DNA of 64,000 bases from an uncultured Nitrospina sp. (GTDB lineage Bacteria > Nitrospinota > Nitrospinia > Nitrospinales > VA-1): contig CAZECX010000001.1 of the NCBI GenBank assembly GCA_964510965.1, positions 13,582-77,581 of the forward strand, read 5' to 3'. The notes beneath the pieces were generated by a model. The model had not been told where the DNA came from and ran no database searches. It saw only the letters and a list, made by a program, of their open reading frames with translations. This document shows positions 49,867 through 60,862 of this stretch, piece after piece; position 1 is the stretch's first letter, and each line of letters begins with the position of its first letter. The translations under genes and the position numbers were made by a program.

Positions 49867-50224
49867 ACAGATCCCTCATGGGTTAACCCTTCAATATCGA
49901 ATGAATTCTATAACATGAAACAATGCTGAACGGCAACCGTCTCTTAATATATGCTATGAGGTTCTTTATAGATTCATATCCCGTATTATTAGCATCTCTA
50001 TCCCCTCATTTGCCTTATATAATATTTGACCTGACAATTCCCCACAAAAAAGTCGGGCATAAGAATAAAAGCAGCCTCTAAAAAATGGGATAAATCCGGG
50101 GATTGTCCAACATACTAATAATCCGTATACTGGCACAGCTAAATTTCTACCTACCAAATTTAACCCAGCTCCGGCAGGTATAAGTACCTTCACTAACATA
50201 AGCACAAAATTTAAAGTTCTAATC

Positions 50225-50620
50225 TTATATGACATAGCAGGAAAGCAAGACAGTAATCCTTTTCCTTTTCAATCCTTCCAATAGGGATTGAATAAACTCA
50301 TCATCGTATTTATCACCAATTTCAAATATCCTTTGAATTTTCTCATCCCAATCAAGATGTTCAATCTGCTTTAGTTCTTGAAGAAACTCATTTGGAAAGG
50401 CCTCTTTGACCAAAGAAATGATTTTATGCATTTTAATCTTTGAGCCATACATTTTGGTCCAGTCGGGACATCCTTCTTTTACATATTTTTCATAAAACTC
50501 TGGCGATAAGGTTACACCTCTCTCATTGCATATATCTAACTCCTCAAGATTTGCTAAACAAATCTCAAGCAGTACGGGCAATCTGTGATCAAGTTTTTCC
50601 TGGTATGCGGGTTTTTCCAT
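50225..50620 (-). CDS. Hypothetical protein
   Basis: 131 aa, helical and acidic. I recognise no motif. Confidence 0.4.
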   Translation of the reverse strand: MEKPAYQEKLDHRLPVLLEICLANLEELDICNERGVTLSPEFYEKYVKEGCPDWTKMYGSKIKMHKIISLVKEAFPNEFLQELKQIEHLDWDEKIQRIFEIGDKYDDEFIQSLLEGLKRKRITVLLSCYVI

Positions 50621-50858
50621 AACTCATCAATAAAGAGGCAAAATATAGACATACCAAACCTATTTTTAAAAGCAATAGTCATTTGGATGATTTTTTCGTA
50701 TAAGAGTATGGGCCGAGCCAAAGGGCTTTGAAAACTGTTACGATTTTGTCACTTATTGCTCTTCTGCCCAATTATTCCCAACTTCAAGTTGACTGTTCAA
50801 ATTTTATCCCTGAGACTATTTGATGATAGAAAATCAATTTTAGTGAGGTTTAGGGTGA

Positions 50859-51230
50859 ATGGATTTAAATAAAAAATTATTGGTTGTTGATGACAGTCAG
50901 ATCCAGTTGGTTGTTTGCGTTAACCAACTCAAGCAATTGGGCTTTGAAAAGATAGCAGTAGCTAAGGATGGGGGAAAAGCCTATTCCATCTTAGAAAAGG
51001 GTTCCATTGATGTGATTATCTCTGATTGGGAGATGCCCGAAATGGATGGGTTAGAGCTTTTAAAAAAGGTCAAAACTAACCCTTCCCTTCAGGGCATACC
51101 CTTTATAATGCTTACTGCCCACAAGGATGAAAAGTTGAATCAGGAAGCAATTCAATTTGGTGCTGCAGATTTCATCGTTAAACCCGGGACCCCTGATTTA
51201 TTTAAAGAAAAGCTGAAGGCGATCATGTGA
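50859..51230 (+). CDS. Single-domain (CheY-like) response regulator
   Basis: 123 aa. LLVVDDS, phospho-acceptor context VIISDWEMPEMDG, MLTA and KP motifs. No output domain. Confidence 0.85.
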   Translation: MDLNKKLLVVDDSQIQLVVCVNQLKQLGFEKIAVAKDGGKAYSILEKGSIDVIISDWEMPEMDGLELLKKVKTNPSLQGIPFIMLTAHKDEKLNQEAIQFGAADFIVKPGTPDLFKEKLKAIM

Positions 51231-51232
51231 CC

Positions 51233-52345
51233 ATGCGATATTATTCCTTGGTCAGGTATGCAATTGTTTTTTCAGGGTTACTTGTTTTTGTCTTGATTTT
51301 ACTGCTTCCAAAATCCTGGGCGCAGGTTGGGGCCAAGGTGGATGTCGATAAAGACCGATGGATCAGTATTGGAGGAGGATTACGCACCAGCTTTGAGTCT
51401 GTTGAAGATGGTGCGCCCAATAAACAAAACCGTTCCAATACTTTTGACTTTGAAAGCTTTCGTCTTTATATAAATTCGCAAGTATATAAGGGAATTCAGT
51501 TTGAATTTAATACCCAAGGTGATGCTGGCGACAATGTTCGTGTTCTTGATGCAATAGCAAAAATTGATTTCACAAACTCCTTTAATATTTGGGCAGGCCG
51601 AATGACTACTCCCACTGGGAGATCCAATCTTAGCGGCCCCTATTTTTTAAATGTTTTTGATTTTCCTTTTGCCGAGGCTTACCCTAACCTGATTGTAGGG
51701 AGGGATGAGGGTGCCGTTTTTTGGGGTGTCGTTGATAAAGGGCGGCTCAAATATCAACTTGGTTTGTTTGAGGGGAAAACAGGAGGTTCGAATCAAGGGG
51801 ACAGCCTTCTGTACTCCGGACGATTAACCTATAACTTTTGGGATCCTGAACCTTCCATTTACTATAACAGCAGCACCTATTACGGAGCTATGGACGTCCT
51901 TGCTGTTGGGCTGGTAGGCATGTTCCAGGAAGACGGTGCTGGTACGTCTGCCAGTCAGGGTGACTTCCTGGGTTGGAATGTTGATTTGCTCATGGAAAAA
52001 AAATTGGGAAATGGTGGAGTTGCTACTTTGGAGGCAGCCTATTATAAATATGACCTTGAAGATACTTCTGATAGCGCTTTGGTTCAGGGAGATAGTTATT
52101 TTGTTACTGTCGCCTATTTATTTTCCAAAAAAACAGGGTGGGGACAATTCCAGCCCTTTTCTCGGCTTCAGAGTTTTGACCGAGCAGAATCTAATATTAC
52201 AGGAAGTCGAGGAACACGTGATCGTTATGATGTAGGTCTCAACTATATTATTTCGGGCCACAATGCGCGGATTTCACTATTTTATGCCAATGAGGACCCT
52301 GGGGTCGATATTTTCAAGATCGGTTTTCAATTACAATTGTTTTAA
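51233..52345 (+). CDS. Outer-membrane porin (beta-barrel)
   Basis: Signal peptide ...LLLPKSWAQ, amphipathic beta-strands throughout, C-terminal FKIGFQLQLF with a terminal Phe. Start is ATG 51233, or GTG 51227 overlapping the receiver stop. Family (OprO/P-like or FmdC-like) not resolvable by eye. Confidence 0.55.
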   Translation: MRYYSLVRYAIVFSGLLVFVLILLLPKSWAQVGAKVDVDKDRWISIGGGLRTSFESVEDGAPNKQNRSNTFDFESFRLYINSQVYKGIQFEFNTQGDAGDNVRVLDAIAKIDFTNSFNIWAGRMTTPTGRSNLSGPYFLNVFDFPFAEAYPNLIVGRDEGAVFWGVVDKGRLKYQLGLFEGKTGGSNQGDSLLYSGRLTYNFWDPEPSIYYNSSTYYGAMDVLAVGLVGMFQEDGAGTSASQGDFLGWNVDLLMEKKLGNGGVATLEAAYYKYDLEDTSDSALVQGDSYFVTVAYLFSKKTGWGQFQPFSRLQSFDRAESNITGSRGTRDRYDVGLNYIISGHNARISLFYANEDPGVDIFKIGFQLQLF

Positions 52346-52380
52346 AAATAATTCTTTTAGAATTTGAGGTTAGATAGCTT

Positions 52381-53694
52381 GTGAAAATCCCGATTGATCG
52401 TCGAACATTTTTAGCCGCTTCATCTGCATTTTTGGCGGAGCTGAGTCGCCCATACAAGATTTTTGCAGCTCAAACTGCGAAGAATTCTCCTTGGATACAT
52501 CCAGGCGGGGTGATTAAAGTTGGATTTCTCTGGTCCTTGACAGGCGGTTTGTCTGTTATTGAAAAACCTTCGCGTGATGTGGGCCTGTTCTGGGCAGACG
52601 AAGTTAATAAAAATGGGGGAATCGCGGGATGCAAGATAGAGCCTGTTGTCTTTGATGCTGAATCTGATATGAAAACATATCGGACTGGAGTCAAAAAACT
52701 AATGCACGAGGATAAGGTATTGGCTGTGTTTGGTGGATTTACTTCAGCCAGTCGACGGTCGGTTATGCCCTTGGTGACGCTGGCAAATCACTTATTCTAT
52801 TATCCTACGGTTTATGAAGGAAAAGAGTGCTGGCAAAACTTGATATGCACGGGTGCCCTGGCCAATCAACACTCATATGACCTTATTCCATATATGGTGA
52901 AGCATTTTGGGCCAAGAGGATACTTCATTGGTTCCAATTATGTTTGGCCTAAAGAGTCAAACCGAAATGCAAGCCGCTGGCTCAAAAATGCCAATGGTGA
53001 AAAGGTTGGCGAACAATATATGCCTTTGGGTCTCGGCAACTTTGAACCCATTTTAGAAGATGTTAAAAAAAAGAAAGCGGATTGGATATTTTTGACAGTG
53101 GTGGGTACCTCAGAGTTGTTTTTCAGGAAAGCTTATAGCAAGGCAGGTTTAACGCCGGACAAATTGCCCACTGCCGCCCTAACAACATCGGAAATGGAAA
53201 TTAAAGCAATGGGCTATGAATATGGAGAAGGACATTATACCTCAGCTCCATACTTTCAAAGTATCAACAGTCCAACAAACCAAAAGTTTGTGGATGGTTT
53301 TCTTTCAAGTCCATATGGAGAAACCGGGGTTACTCATGCCAATATGGAAGCCACATACCTGTCCTTCCTGTTTTTCAAGAAAGCGGTTGAGAAACTGGTT
53401 TTAGAATCGGGGGAGTCATCTATAACACCTAAAAGCATCCGGGACTTTTCTGCAAATTTAAAGTTGTCCTCAATTGAGTCACCGCAGGGTGATATTCGTA
53501 TGGATCCTAATAATTTTCATTGCTGGCTGACCCCTAAAATAGGTCGGTTCGACAGTGGTGGCCAGGTAGAAATAATGCATGAAAGAAAAGAGTTGGTTGA
53601 GCCAAAACCATTAATTTTATATCCCCACAGGGGAAAATGTCGTCCTGATGGTTTGCATTTGCCATCTGGAAAAATTGTTAAAGCGGCTTCTTAA
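52381..53694 (+). CDS. Tat-signal periplasmic binding protein, UrtA/FmdD/AmiC (urea/short-chain amide) type
   Basis: GTG start. Twin-arginine motif IDRRTFLAAS...IFAAQ. Collinear with UrtA-type proteins as I recall them (IKVGFLWSLTGGLS, NKNGGIAGCKIEPVVFD, FGGFTSASRRSV, YYPTVYEGKEC, MEATYLSF). Confidence 0.7.
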   Translation: MKIPIDRRTFLAASSAFLAELSRPYKIFAAQTAKNSPWIHPGGVIKVGFLWSLTGGLSVIEKPSRDVGLFWADEVNKNGGIAGCKIEPVVFDAESDMKTYRTGVKKLMHEDKVLAVFGGFTSASRRSVMPLVTLANHLFYYPTVYEGKECWQNLICTGALANQHSYDLIPYMVKHFGPRGYFIGSNYVWPKESNRNASRWLKNANGEKVGEQYMPLGLGNFEPILEDVKKKKADWIFLTVVGTSELFFRKAYSKAGLTPDKLPTAALTTSEMEIKAMGYEYGEGHYTSAPYFQSINSPTNQKFVDGFLSSPYGETGVTHANMEATYLSFLFFKKAVEKLVLESGESSITPKSIRDFSANLKLSSIESPQGDIRMDPNNFHCWLTPKIGRFDSGGQVEIMHERKELVEPKPLILYPHRGKCRPDGLHLPSGKIVKAAS

Positions 53695-53709
53695 ATCTTT
53701 TATAGTCAA

Positions 53710-56700
53710 ATGAGAAAAATATTAAATTACATAAATCAAATGTCGCTGGGGCAGAAGGTGATGAGTCTGATCATTGTTGAATTCATTTCTTACTCATTCA
53801 TTACCACCAATGCGATCAAGCAAATTGATGTTGTCGGTCAAGAAGTCAGGCAAATGTCCGAATTATACCTGCCCCTGTTTTTAGAAGCCCAGGAACTCCA
53901 TAAACATGTCCAGGATGAACGAATCAGTTTTATAAAAATCCTCAATGTGGGTGAACGGGTGGTTTATGACAAAGATGCTGAAACGACTTTCATTTTATCA
54001 AGGGAAAAGTATTTTGAATTTCAAGCTGAAGTAGAGAAGCATATAGTTGAAGCAAAAGATTTAATTGTGAATGCAGTGAATCATTCATTAAGAAAGGACA
54101 GTTTGATTCAGATACATAGTTCACCTATCCTTGAAGCTTTGAAAGAGATTAATCTGGCTGCAAAAGCCCAAAAAGTTTCAGCTAAACAAGTTTTTACCCA
54201 TGTTGAAGACGGCTCTTTTCTGATGGGACTTGAACTCATGGGCAATGTTAAGAAAGCTGATGATAATCTTGTCGTTAAAATCAACGAACTCCTGCATGAG
54301 CTGAATATTTTAAAAGGTCTATCTGTTGCCTACTCGGAGCAAGTTCAGAATGATGCAGAAAGTTTTACTATTTTAGTGGCAATCATAACAATTGTAATTG
54401 GTATCACTGTTATTTTTCTTGTGGTCAGGCTGAATATAACAAAACCCCTCCACCTTCTTACCGGTACGATTGAGTCTTTTGATGCCTTAAAAAGTACTGA
54501 AAAATCCCCTGAGGAAGAGGAACTAATATCCCGTGGGGATGAATTAGGAATGGTCAGTCGAAGTTTTAACAAATTGAAGAATGAACTAGCCCAAACCACC
54601 AGGGAACTTTTTGAGGAAAAAGAGGGTTTAGAAAGAAAAGTGGAAGAGCGGACTCACAAACTTCAGGAGAGCGAGGAGATGACTCGTTCTGTTATCACTA
54701 CTGCAATGGATGCAGTGATATTGATTGATCATGAAAATAAAATATTGGATTGGAATGCACAGGCCGAGATAATTTATGGTTGGGCCAAGGAAGAAATTTT
54801 GGGTTTAACCATTTCGGATTGTATTATTCCAGAGCAATATAGGGAAGCTCATATAAAAGGCTTTAAGCATTTTCTTGATACCGGGGAAGGGCCTGTACTA
54901 AATACCAGAATTGAAATCACAGCTCTTCGAAAAAGTGGGGAGGAATTTCCAATAGAACTTACAATTACTCCGCTTAAAATAGGTGACAATTACATTTTTA
55001 ACGCATTTTCCCGCGATATTACAGAGCGCAAGCATGCCGAAGAAACTTTGCGGGAAGGGGAACAACGCCTGGTCCTGGCCCTGGAAGGGGGAAACCTGGG
55101 GTCCTGGGACGTAAATGTCGAGACTGAAGAAATGGTGGTGAATGACCGTTGGGCGGAAATGCTGGGGTATTCCTTGGAAGAAATCACACCGATCACGCAG
55201 AAAACTTGGGCTGATACCATCCACGTGGAAGACAGGGAGCGGGTCCTGGAGGTTGGACTGTCTTACAAAACGGGGATGAAGTCAAATTATGATGTGGAAT
55301 ATCGCGCCCTGACCAAAGATGGGGAAATTCGCTGGCTTTATTCACGAGGGTCGATCGTGGAACGCACAGGGGATGGAAAGCCGGTCCGATTAGTTGGAAC
55401 GGTCATGGATATTACAGAGCGCAAACAAGCAGAGGATAAATTGCGCCAGGCCCAACAGGAAGCTGAATCTGCGAACCAGTCCAAAAGCGATTTCCTTGCC
55501 AACATGAGCCACGAGATTCGTACTCCCATGAATGCAATCATTGGCATGAGTGGTTTGGCAATGAAAACCGAATTAACCACCAAGCAGCATAACTATATTA
55601 ATAAGATTCAAATTTCAAGCCATGCTTTGCTGAGTCTCATCAACGATATTCTAGATTTTTCAAAAATCGAGGCTGGCAAACTGGATATGGAAAACCTCAA
55701 TTTTCATCTTGATGAAGTGTTGGATCATTTATCTACACTAACAACTTTGAAGGCGCAGGAAAAAGGATTGGAGGTTTTGTTTCAGGTTGGACGAACGGTG
55801 CCACGTTATCTTATAGGGGACCCACTTCGGTTGGGGCAGATTTTGACAAACCTAACTAATAACGCGGTGAAGTTTACAGAGCATGGGGAGATTGTTGTAA
55901 GAATCCAACTCTTGGAAGAAGAGAAAGACCAGGTTCGACTGGAGTTTTCTGTGAAAGATACCGGGATCGGTTTAACCGAGGAGCAGATAGACAAGTTATT
56001 TAAAGAGTTCAGTCAGGCCGATTCCTCCACCACCCGGAAATATGGCGGAACAGGGCTGGGACTCACCATATCCAAAAAACTTGTTGAGATGATGGATGGC
56101 AAAATCTGGGTGGAAAGTGAACCCGAAAAGGGAAGCCGGTTTATCTTTACGGCTGTTTTCCAAAAGGGAGTGGAGAAAGAGCGTAAGGTTTTGGCTGCTT
56201 CACAAGATCTGGCAGGAAAGCGGGTTCTTATAGTGGACGACAACCAATCGGCACTCGATGTATTAGAACATGCCCTTTTGTCATTCGACTTTGATGTTTC
56301 CTCAGCCTCTTCAGGCGCTGAAAGTATTTCCATGGTTGAAGATGCTGATACAGAGAAGCCTTATGATTTTATCATTATGGATTGGCAGATGCCTGAGATG
56401 AATGGAATCCGGACATCCGAAATAATAAAAACGCACCAAAAATTGAAGCATATCCCGAAGATCATTATGCTGACCGCCTATGGTCGCGAAGAGATTTCCA
56501 GGCAGGCAGAGGAAGTAGGTATAGATTCGTTTTTAGTCAAGCCTATGAACACCTCGGTTTTATTCGAAACCATTTTAGAAGTGTTCGGGGAGGATGTTGA
56601 AAGGAAGCATCGCAAGGAAGCTTTCCAGACATCATCGGCACAGGAAACCGAAGTCCTGGAAAAAATTCGCGGCGCGAGTATTTTGCTTGTGGAAGACAAC

Positions 56701-57681
56701 GAAATCAATCAGGAAATCGCCAATGAAATTTTAGAGCAGGCGGGGTTCAAGGTCACTATTGCCAGCAATGGTTCTGAAGCAGTTGAAATGGTTACTCAAG
56801 CGGATTACGACTGCGTTCTCATGGATTGCCAGATGCCTGTTATGGATGGTTATGAAGCCACCCAAGCCATTCGTAAAGAAGAACGTTTTTCCTCACTCCC
56901 TATAGTTGCTATGACAGCCAACGCCATGCAGGGGGACCGCGAAAAGTGCCTCGATGCAGGGATGAATGATCATGTATCGAAACCAATCAACAATAAAGAA
57001 TTGTTTTCCGCTCTGAAAAAATGGATTGAGCCTGGTGAACGCAGTGTTGATGAAGTTGTTTCGGCGCCACCAAAAATAGTTGAAGCAGAAGTTTCCTTGC
57101 CTGAACTGGAGGGTATCGATACCAAAGCCGGGTTGGCCATCGTTGGCGGCAATGAAAAACTCTATCGCAAACTACTTATCAAATTCCATCAAGATAACCA
57201 AAACTCCGTAGCAGAAATTCGTAAGGCACTGGAAACTGGAAACGCTAAACTGGCTGAGCGATTGACCCACACAGTTAAGGGAGTTGCCGCCAATACAGGA
57301 GCAAAGAATCTTGCCGCCGCTGCGGAGCCTCTTGAGTCAGCAATCCGCAAAGGTCAAGGCGAATTATTTGAACCTCTCCTGGATGACTTTTCAATAAACT
57401 TGGTTCAAGTCATAGGGTCTTTAAACATATTGATGACAGATGAAACTAAGGAACTAAAAGAAGAACTGGATTTGTCAAAAATAAAACTGCCTCAAGCACT
57501 TATCGATTCGATAAAAGCGGATACTAATGGCGGGATGTTAATGGAGCTGGATCAATATTTTTCTCAGATTGAAGCAATTGAACCCGATGGCAAGAAATTG
57601 GCTGAACAATTAAAAGAACTGGCTGATCAGTTTGACGATGAAGGTATATTAAAAATATTGGATGAAATGGAAAAGAATTAA
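53710..57681 (+). CDS. Hybrid sensor histidine kinase (periplasmic helical domain-HAMP-PAS-PAS-HisKA-HATPase-REC-REC-HPt)
   Basis: 1323 aa. Two TM helices bracket a helical periplasmic domain of about 180 aa. H-box [13 protein letters not shown]-boxes DTGIGL and GGTGLGL. Receivers [12 protein letters not shown] and [12 protein letters not shown]. HPt [11 protein letters not shown]. Confidence 0.9.
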   Translation: MRKILNYINQMSLGQKVMSLIIVEFISYSFITTNAIKQIDVVGQEVRQMSELYLPLFLEAQELHKHVQDERISFIKILNVGERVVYDKDAETTFILSREKYFEFQAEVEKHIVEAKDLIVNAVNHSLRKDSLIQIHSSPILEALKEINLAAKAQKVSAKQVFTHVEDGSFLMGLELMGNVKKADDNLVVKINELLHELNILKGLSVAYSEQVQNDAESFTILVAIITIVIGITVIFLVVRLNITKPLHLLTGTIESFDALKSTEKSPEEEELISRGDELGMVSRSFNKLKNELAQTTRELFEEKEGLERKVEERTHKLQESEEMTRSVITTAMDAVILIDHENKILDWNAQAEIIYGWAKEEILGLTISDCIIPEQYREAHIKGFKHFLDTGEGPVLNTRIEITALRKSGEEFPIELTITPLKIGDNYIFNAFSRDITERKHAEETLREGEQRLVLALEGGNLGSWDVNVETEEMVVNDRWAEMLGYSLEEITPITQKTWADTIHVEDRERVLEVGLSYKTGMKSNYDVEYRALTKDGEIRWLYSRGSIVERTGDGKPVRLVGTVMDITERKQAEDKLRQAQQEAESANQSKSDFLANMSHEIRTPMNAIIGMSGLAMKTELTTKQHNYINKIQISSHALLSLINDILDFSKIEAGKLDMENLNFHLDEVLDHLSTLTTLKAQEKGLEVLFQVGRTVPRYLIGDPLRLGQILTNLTNNAVKFTEHGEIVVRIQLLEEEKDQVRLEFSVKDTGIGLTEEQIDKLFKEFSQADSSTTRKYGGTGLGLTISKKLVEMMDGKIWVESEPEKGSRFIFTAVFQKGVEKERKVLAASQDLAGKRVLIVDDNQSALDVLEHALLSFDFDVSSASSGAESISMVEDADTEKPYDFIIMDWQMPEMNGIRTSEIIKTHQKLKHIPKIIMLTAYGREEISRQAEEVGIDSFLVKPMNTSVLFETILEVFGEDVERKHRKEAFQTSSAQETEVLEKIRGASILLVEDNEINQEIANEILEQAGFKVTIASNGSEAVEMVTQADYDCVLMDCQMPVMDGYEATQAIRKEERFSSLPIVAMTANAMQGDREKCLDAGMNDHVSKPINNKELFSALKKWIEPGERSVDEVVSAPPKIVEAEVSLPELEGIDTKAGLAIVGGNEKLYRKLLIKFHQDNQNSVAEIRKALETGNAKLAERLTHTVKGVAANTGAKNLAAAAEPLESAIRKGQGELFEPLLDDFSINLVQVIGSLNILMTDETKELKEELDLSKIKLPQALIDSIKADTNGGMLMELDQYFSQIEAIEPDGKKLAEQLKELADQFDDEGILKILDEMEKN

Positions 57682-57895
57682 TTTTCTTAATATCGCAATC
57701 AAATGCAGCATTACTGTCTACACTTTGTCTACAGTTTTTTGTGCTAATAGGTTACTTCCCTGAGTGGACCTACCGCCTAAAACTTTATAATATAGCCTGG
57801 GAACCCTTGCCGTAGAAAATTATTTGGTCTCCCGGCCTCTCTCGCCGTACACAAAAATAAGATTCTTGGGGGCTGCATTTCAGCCAAAAATCCTC

Positions 57896-59191
57896 TTATT
57901 CCTTTTTATCCTGCTCTGAATCATCAATGTATTTTCGATTTTTTAAGGCTTCCGGCAAATAATCCTGTTCCACAAAGTTTCCTGGATAATCATGGGGATA
58001 CTTGTAATCCACACCGTATCCATAAGCGGCCTTGGCGTCGCTGTAATGTGTGTCTTTCAAATGATCGGGAACCGGATAAGAATGTCCCTTTTGCTGGACA
58101 TCATTTATCGCCTTATCAATAGCAGAAATAGCCGTATTGTCTTTTGGGGCTTTTGCAATATAAATGACTGCTTGCGCCAAAGGAATACGCGCCTCTGGAA
58201 GACCCAATCGGTCTATACACTCCGCTGCCGCTAAAGCGAGTAATAAAGCTTGTGGATCAGCATTGCCAACGTCTTCAGCCGCAGTAACCAGCAAACGTCG
58301 GGCAATAAAGCGAGGGTCTTCGCCTCCCGCTATCATTTTTGCCAACCAGTAAATAGCGGCATCTGGGTCCGAACCTCTTAAGCTTTTTTGAAATGCCGAA
58401 GCGTGGTCATAATGCTCTGTGCCCTTTTTATCATAAAGAGTCGCCGTTCTCTGGATAATCCCTTCCACTCGGGACAAAGAAACCTTTAATTCTTTTTTAG
58501 ATAGCGCCACATCGTTTGCCGCTTCAAGAACATTTAAAGCACGGCGTGCATCACCATTAGCATGACTGACAATCAATTCCTGAGCATCTTCTTGAAGAGT
58601 GATCTTCGACTCGCCCAATCCATTTTCCTTGTCGGTTAGAGCGCTTAAAATAATATTTCGAATCGACCCTCTATCCAAAGTTTCGAGACGGAATATCTGA
58701 CAACGTGATCGTAATGCTGGTATTACCTCGAATGAAGGATTTTCAGTAGTACTTCCTATCAATCTAATGGTTCCATTTTATACAAAAGGCAATACAGCAT
58801 CATGCTGTGCTTTATTGAAACGATGAATTTCATCCAGAAATAAAATGGTTCTACTTCCTTTAACCTTCCAGATTTGGGTGGCAGACTGAACAACTTTTCT
58901 GATATCTGCTACCCCTGCATTAACGGCACTGATTTCATGGAACTCACTTTTTGTTAAGTTTGCAGCAATCCTTGCCAATGTTGTTTTTCCCGATCCGGGA
59001 GGCCCCCAAAGTATGAACGAAAGACCCGACTCAGTTTCAACAAGCTCTCTTAATGGCAACCCCTTTCCAATCAAGTGTTCTTGACCAAAATATTTCTCAA
59101 GGGTGCCTGGCCGCATTCGCGCCGCAAGGGGTGGCACAGGCGAGCTTTTCGTCAAATTAGTATATTCAGGAAAAAGTTCCATGTTATTCAA
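57896..59191 (-). pseudogene. rarA: Replication-associated recombination protein A (RarA/MgsA) interrupted by one in-frame TAA
   Basis: ORFs 58778-59191 (Walker [30 protein letters not shown]) and 57896-58762 ([10 protein letters not shown]...GDARRALN...) are in the same frame. The junction reads [21 protein letters not shown], and the stop (58778-58780) sits where E. coli RarA has Glu (LPHIEDGTITFIGATTENP). Confidence 0.8.
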
Positions 59192-60862
59192 CTAGATATC
59201 CCTCTGATTCAAAGAGCGGATACCGGACCTTAAAGGTAAAGAGGTTGTAATCCCCGTTAGAATAATGATCAAAGTATAGCAAATAGGAACATCAATACCG
59301 CCAATGGATTTAAAGAGAAATCTTTCATTTAAATGTACATAAACGGGTCTCGCTCCAAGCATCAAAATCAATCCGATAAAGCTCAATGCAAAAGTCATAT
59401 AAACTACTCCCCCGGCATTAGATGATATTTCTGAAATATTTTCATAATCAAATTTTGGATAAAGACTTCCCAAGCCCAAGCCAAGTCCGGTCAAACCCAA
59501 TGTAAGAAGAAACACCCCTATAATAGAAACATTCATTACATAATCATCCACTTCAAGCAAACGGTTCGATGCCACCACTAGTAATTCAGCGATCACCAAT
59601 AAGGCTGGAAAGAACATCCAAAACTTGCAAGCAATAAACCCACGCATGCTTACGGGTTTGCTATATATCGACCAGAAACTCTTGCCCTCAATACTGGGAG
59701 AAGAATAAACAAACCTGGATATCAGGGCAGCCATAACGAACCCTACCAAACCAACATTGAGCACTGATACAACATCACGTAATACCCGGTTCTCCAAAGG
59801 TAAATGCATAATATTAAAAATATATACACAAACCAAGGCACATAGTATGAATAGCTGCGACCATTGCTCCGGATCTCGAATAAAAACTTTAAAATCTTTT
59901 GCTAAAAGAGTTTTCCAAATTTGAGACAAGGGCAACCAATTCAATAAAGGCTTCCTTTTCGTTTCCCTGGCATTACCTCCTAATGGGGCACTTCGCACTT
60001 CTTGCACTGAGCACCAACTGGAAAAATATATACGAGAACTCAACTTTATAAACAGGAAAAATAATATCAGGGCTGTAGCCCAAATCATAACTGGAATCTC
60101 TCGTTCACCTGCCACCCAACCTGTTATCGATTGGGTTATCCAACTACTGGGTAAAAAAGCATAATCGGGAGCCTTCAAAGTTTCCACAAAAGCGATGATC
60201 ATTTCATCTGACACATCCTGACCAAAAAATTTATCTTGCGACAAGAACCTCAGATAAACCACGGTACCGACCAAAAAGACCAGTCCTAACAATGATAAGA
60301 CTTGATGAATTTTGTGTGTCGGGAAATATTTCATCAAACACATTATCCCCTGGATAGCAATCAGACAGGGAATCGCAATAAAGGGCAGCATATTAAGAAT
60401 AAAATAGGCGTAAAAACTCCACGTAACTTGAAAAAAATTTCCGTAAGCCACAAACATAGGAAAAGAGAATAGCAGCACCATCCATGAACTATGGATAAGG
60501 CATTGACCAAACCGAACTGTAATAAGAGATTTTGAAGAAACTGGCATGGAATGAAGCAATTCCAGATCGCGTGACAAATAAAAAATTGAAAGTGAAACAA
60601 TGAGGCTTGAAAACATCACCATGAAAAACAAGGTGATGAAGACCAGGTTTATAAGTTGAACAATAAGCTCCTCTCCCACCTGAAAAGGAAGATCAACTAG
60701 ATATCGAATGATTCTAAAGAAAAACCAATAGTCGCCAAAAACGAAAAGGCTTGCCAGGAAAATAATCCCTGACCAACGCCAACGTTTTTTCCCATCAAAA
60801 CTTCCATTTTTCACAGCAGCCCATCGATATTTCAGTAAAATTAAAATTTGCTTTAACTTCAT
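59192..60862 (-). CDS. Polytopic membrane protein of unknown function
   Basis: 556 aa with about 12 or more hydrophobic helices. Its start overlaps the upstream hydrolase stop (ATGA), and its stop abuts the rarA TTG start. Possibly related to the putative ABC-exporter permease-like family (uncertain). Confidence 0.5.
   Translation of the reverse strand: MKLKQILILLKYRWAAVKNGSFDGKKRWRWSGIIFLASLFVFGDYWFFFRIIRYLVDLPFQVGEELIVQLINLVFITLFFMVMFSSLIVSLSIFYLSRDLELLHSMPVSSKSLITVRFGQCLIHSSWMVLLFSFPMFVAYGNFFQVTWSFYAYFILNMLPFIAIPCLIAIQGIMCLMKYFPTHKIHQVLSLLGLVFLVGTVVYLRFLSQDKFFGQDVSDEMIIAFVETLKAPDYAFLPSSWITQSITGWVAGEREIPVMIWATALILFFLFIKLSSRIYFSSWCSVQEVRSAPLGGNARETKRKPLLNWLPLSQIWKTLLAKDFKVFIRDPEQWSQLFILCALVCVYIFNIMHLPLENRVLRDVVSVLNVGLVGFVMAALISRFVYSSPSIEGKSFWSIYSKPVSMRGFIACKFWMFFPALLVIAELLVVASNRLLEVDDYVMNVSIIGVFLLTLGLTGLGLGLGSLYPKFDYENISEISSNAGGVVYMTFALSFIGLILMLGARPVYVHLNERFLFKSIGGIDVPICYTLIIILTGITTSLPLRSGIRSLNQRDI

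Noticed and set aside
49966-50235. 89-aa minus-strand membrane ORF
   Set aside because: It has no SD or motif support and overlaps the upstream ORF by 11 nt. It could be real, but the evidence is insufficient to list it as a feature.
57712-57740. Possible terminator between the kinase gene and rarA (tgtctaca..tgtctaca followed by TTTTTT)
   Set aside because: The conspicuous 8-mers are a direct repeat, not an inverted one. Only a 5-bp ACTGT/ACAGT stem with a 14-nt loop can form, which is too weak to call.
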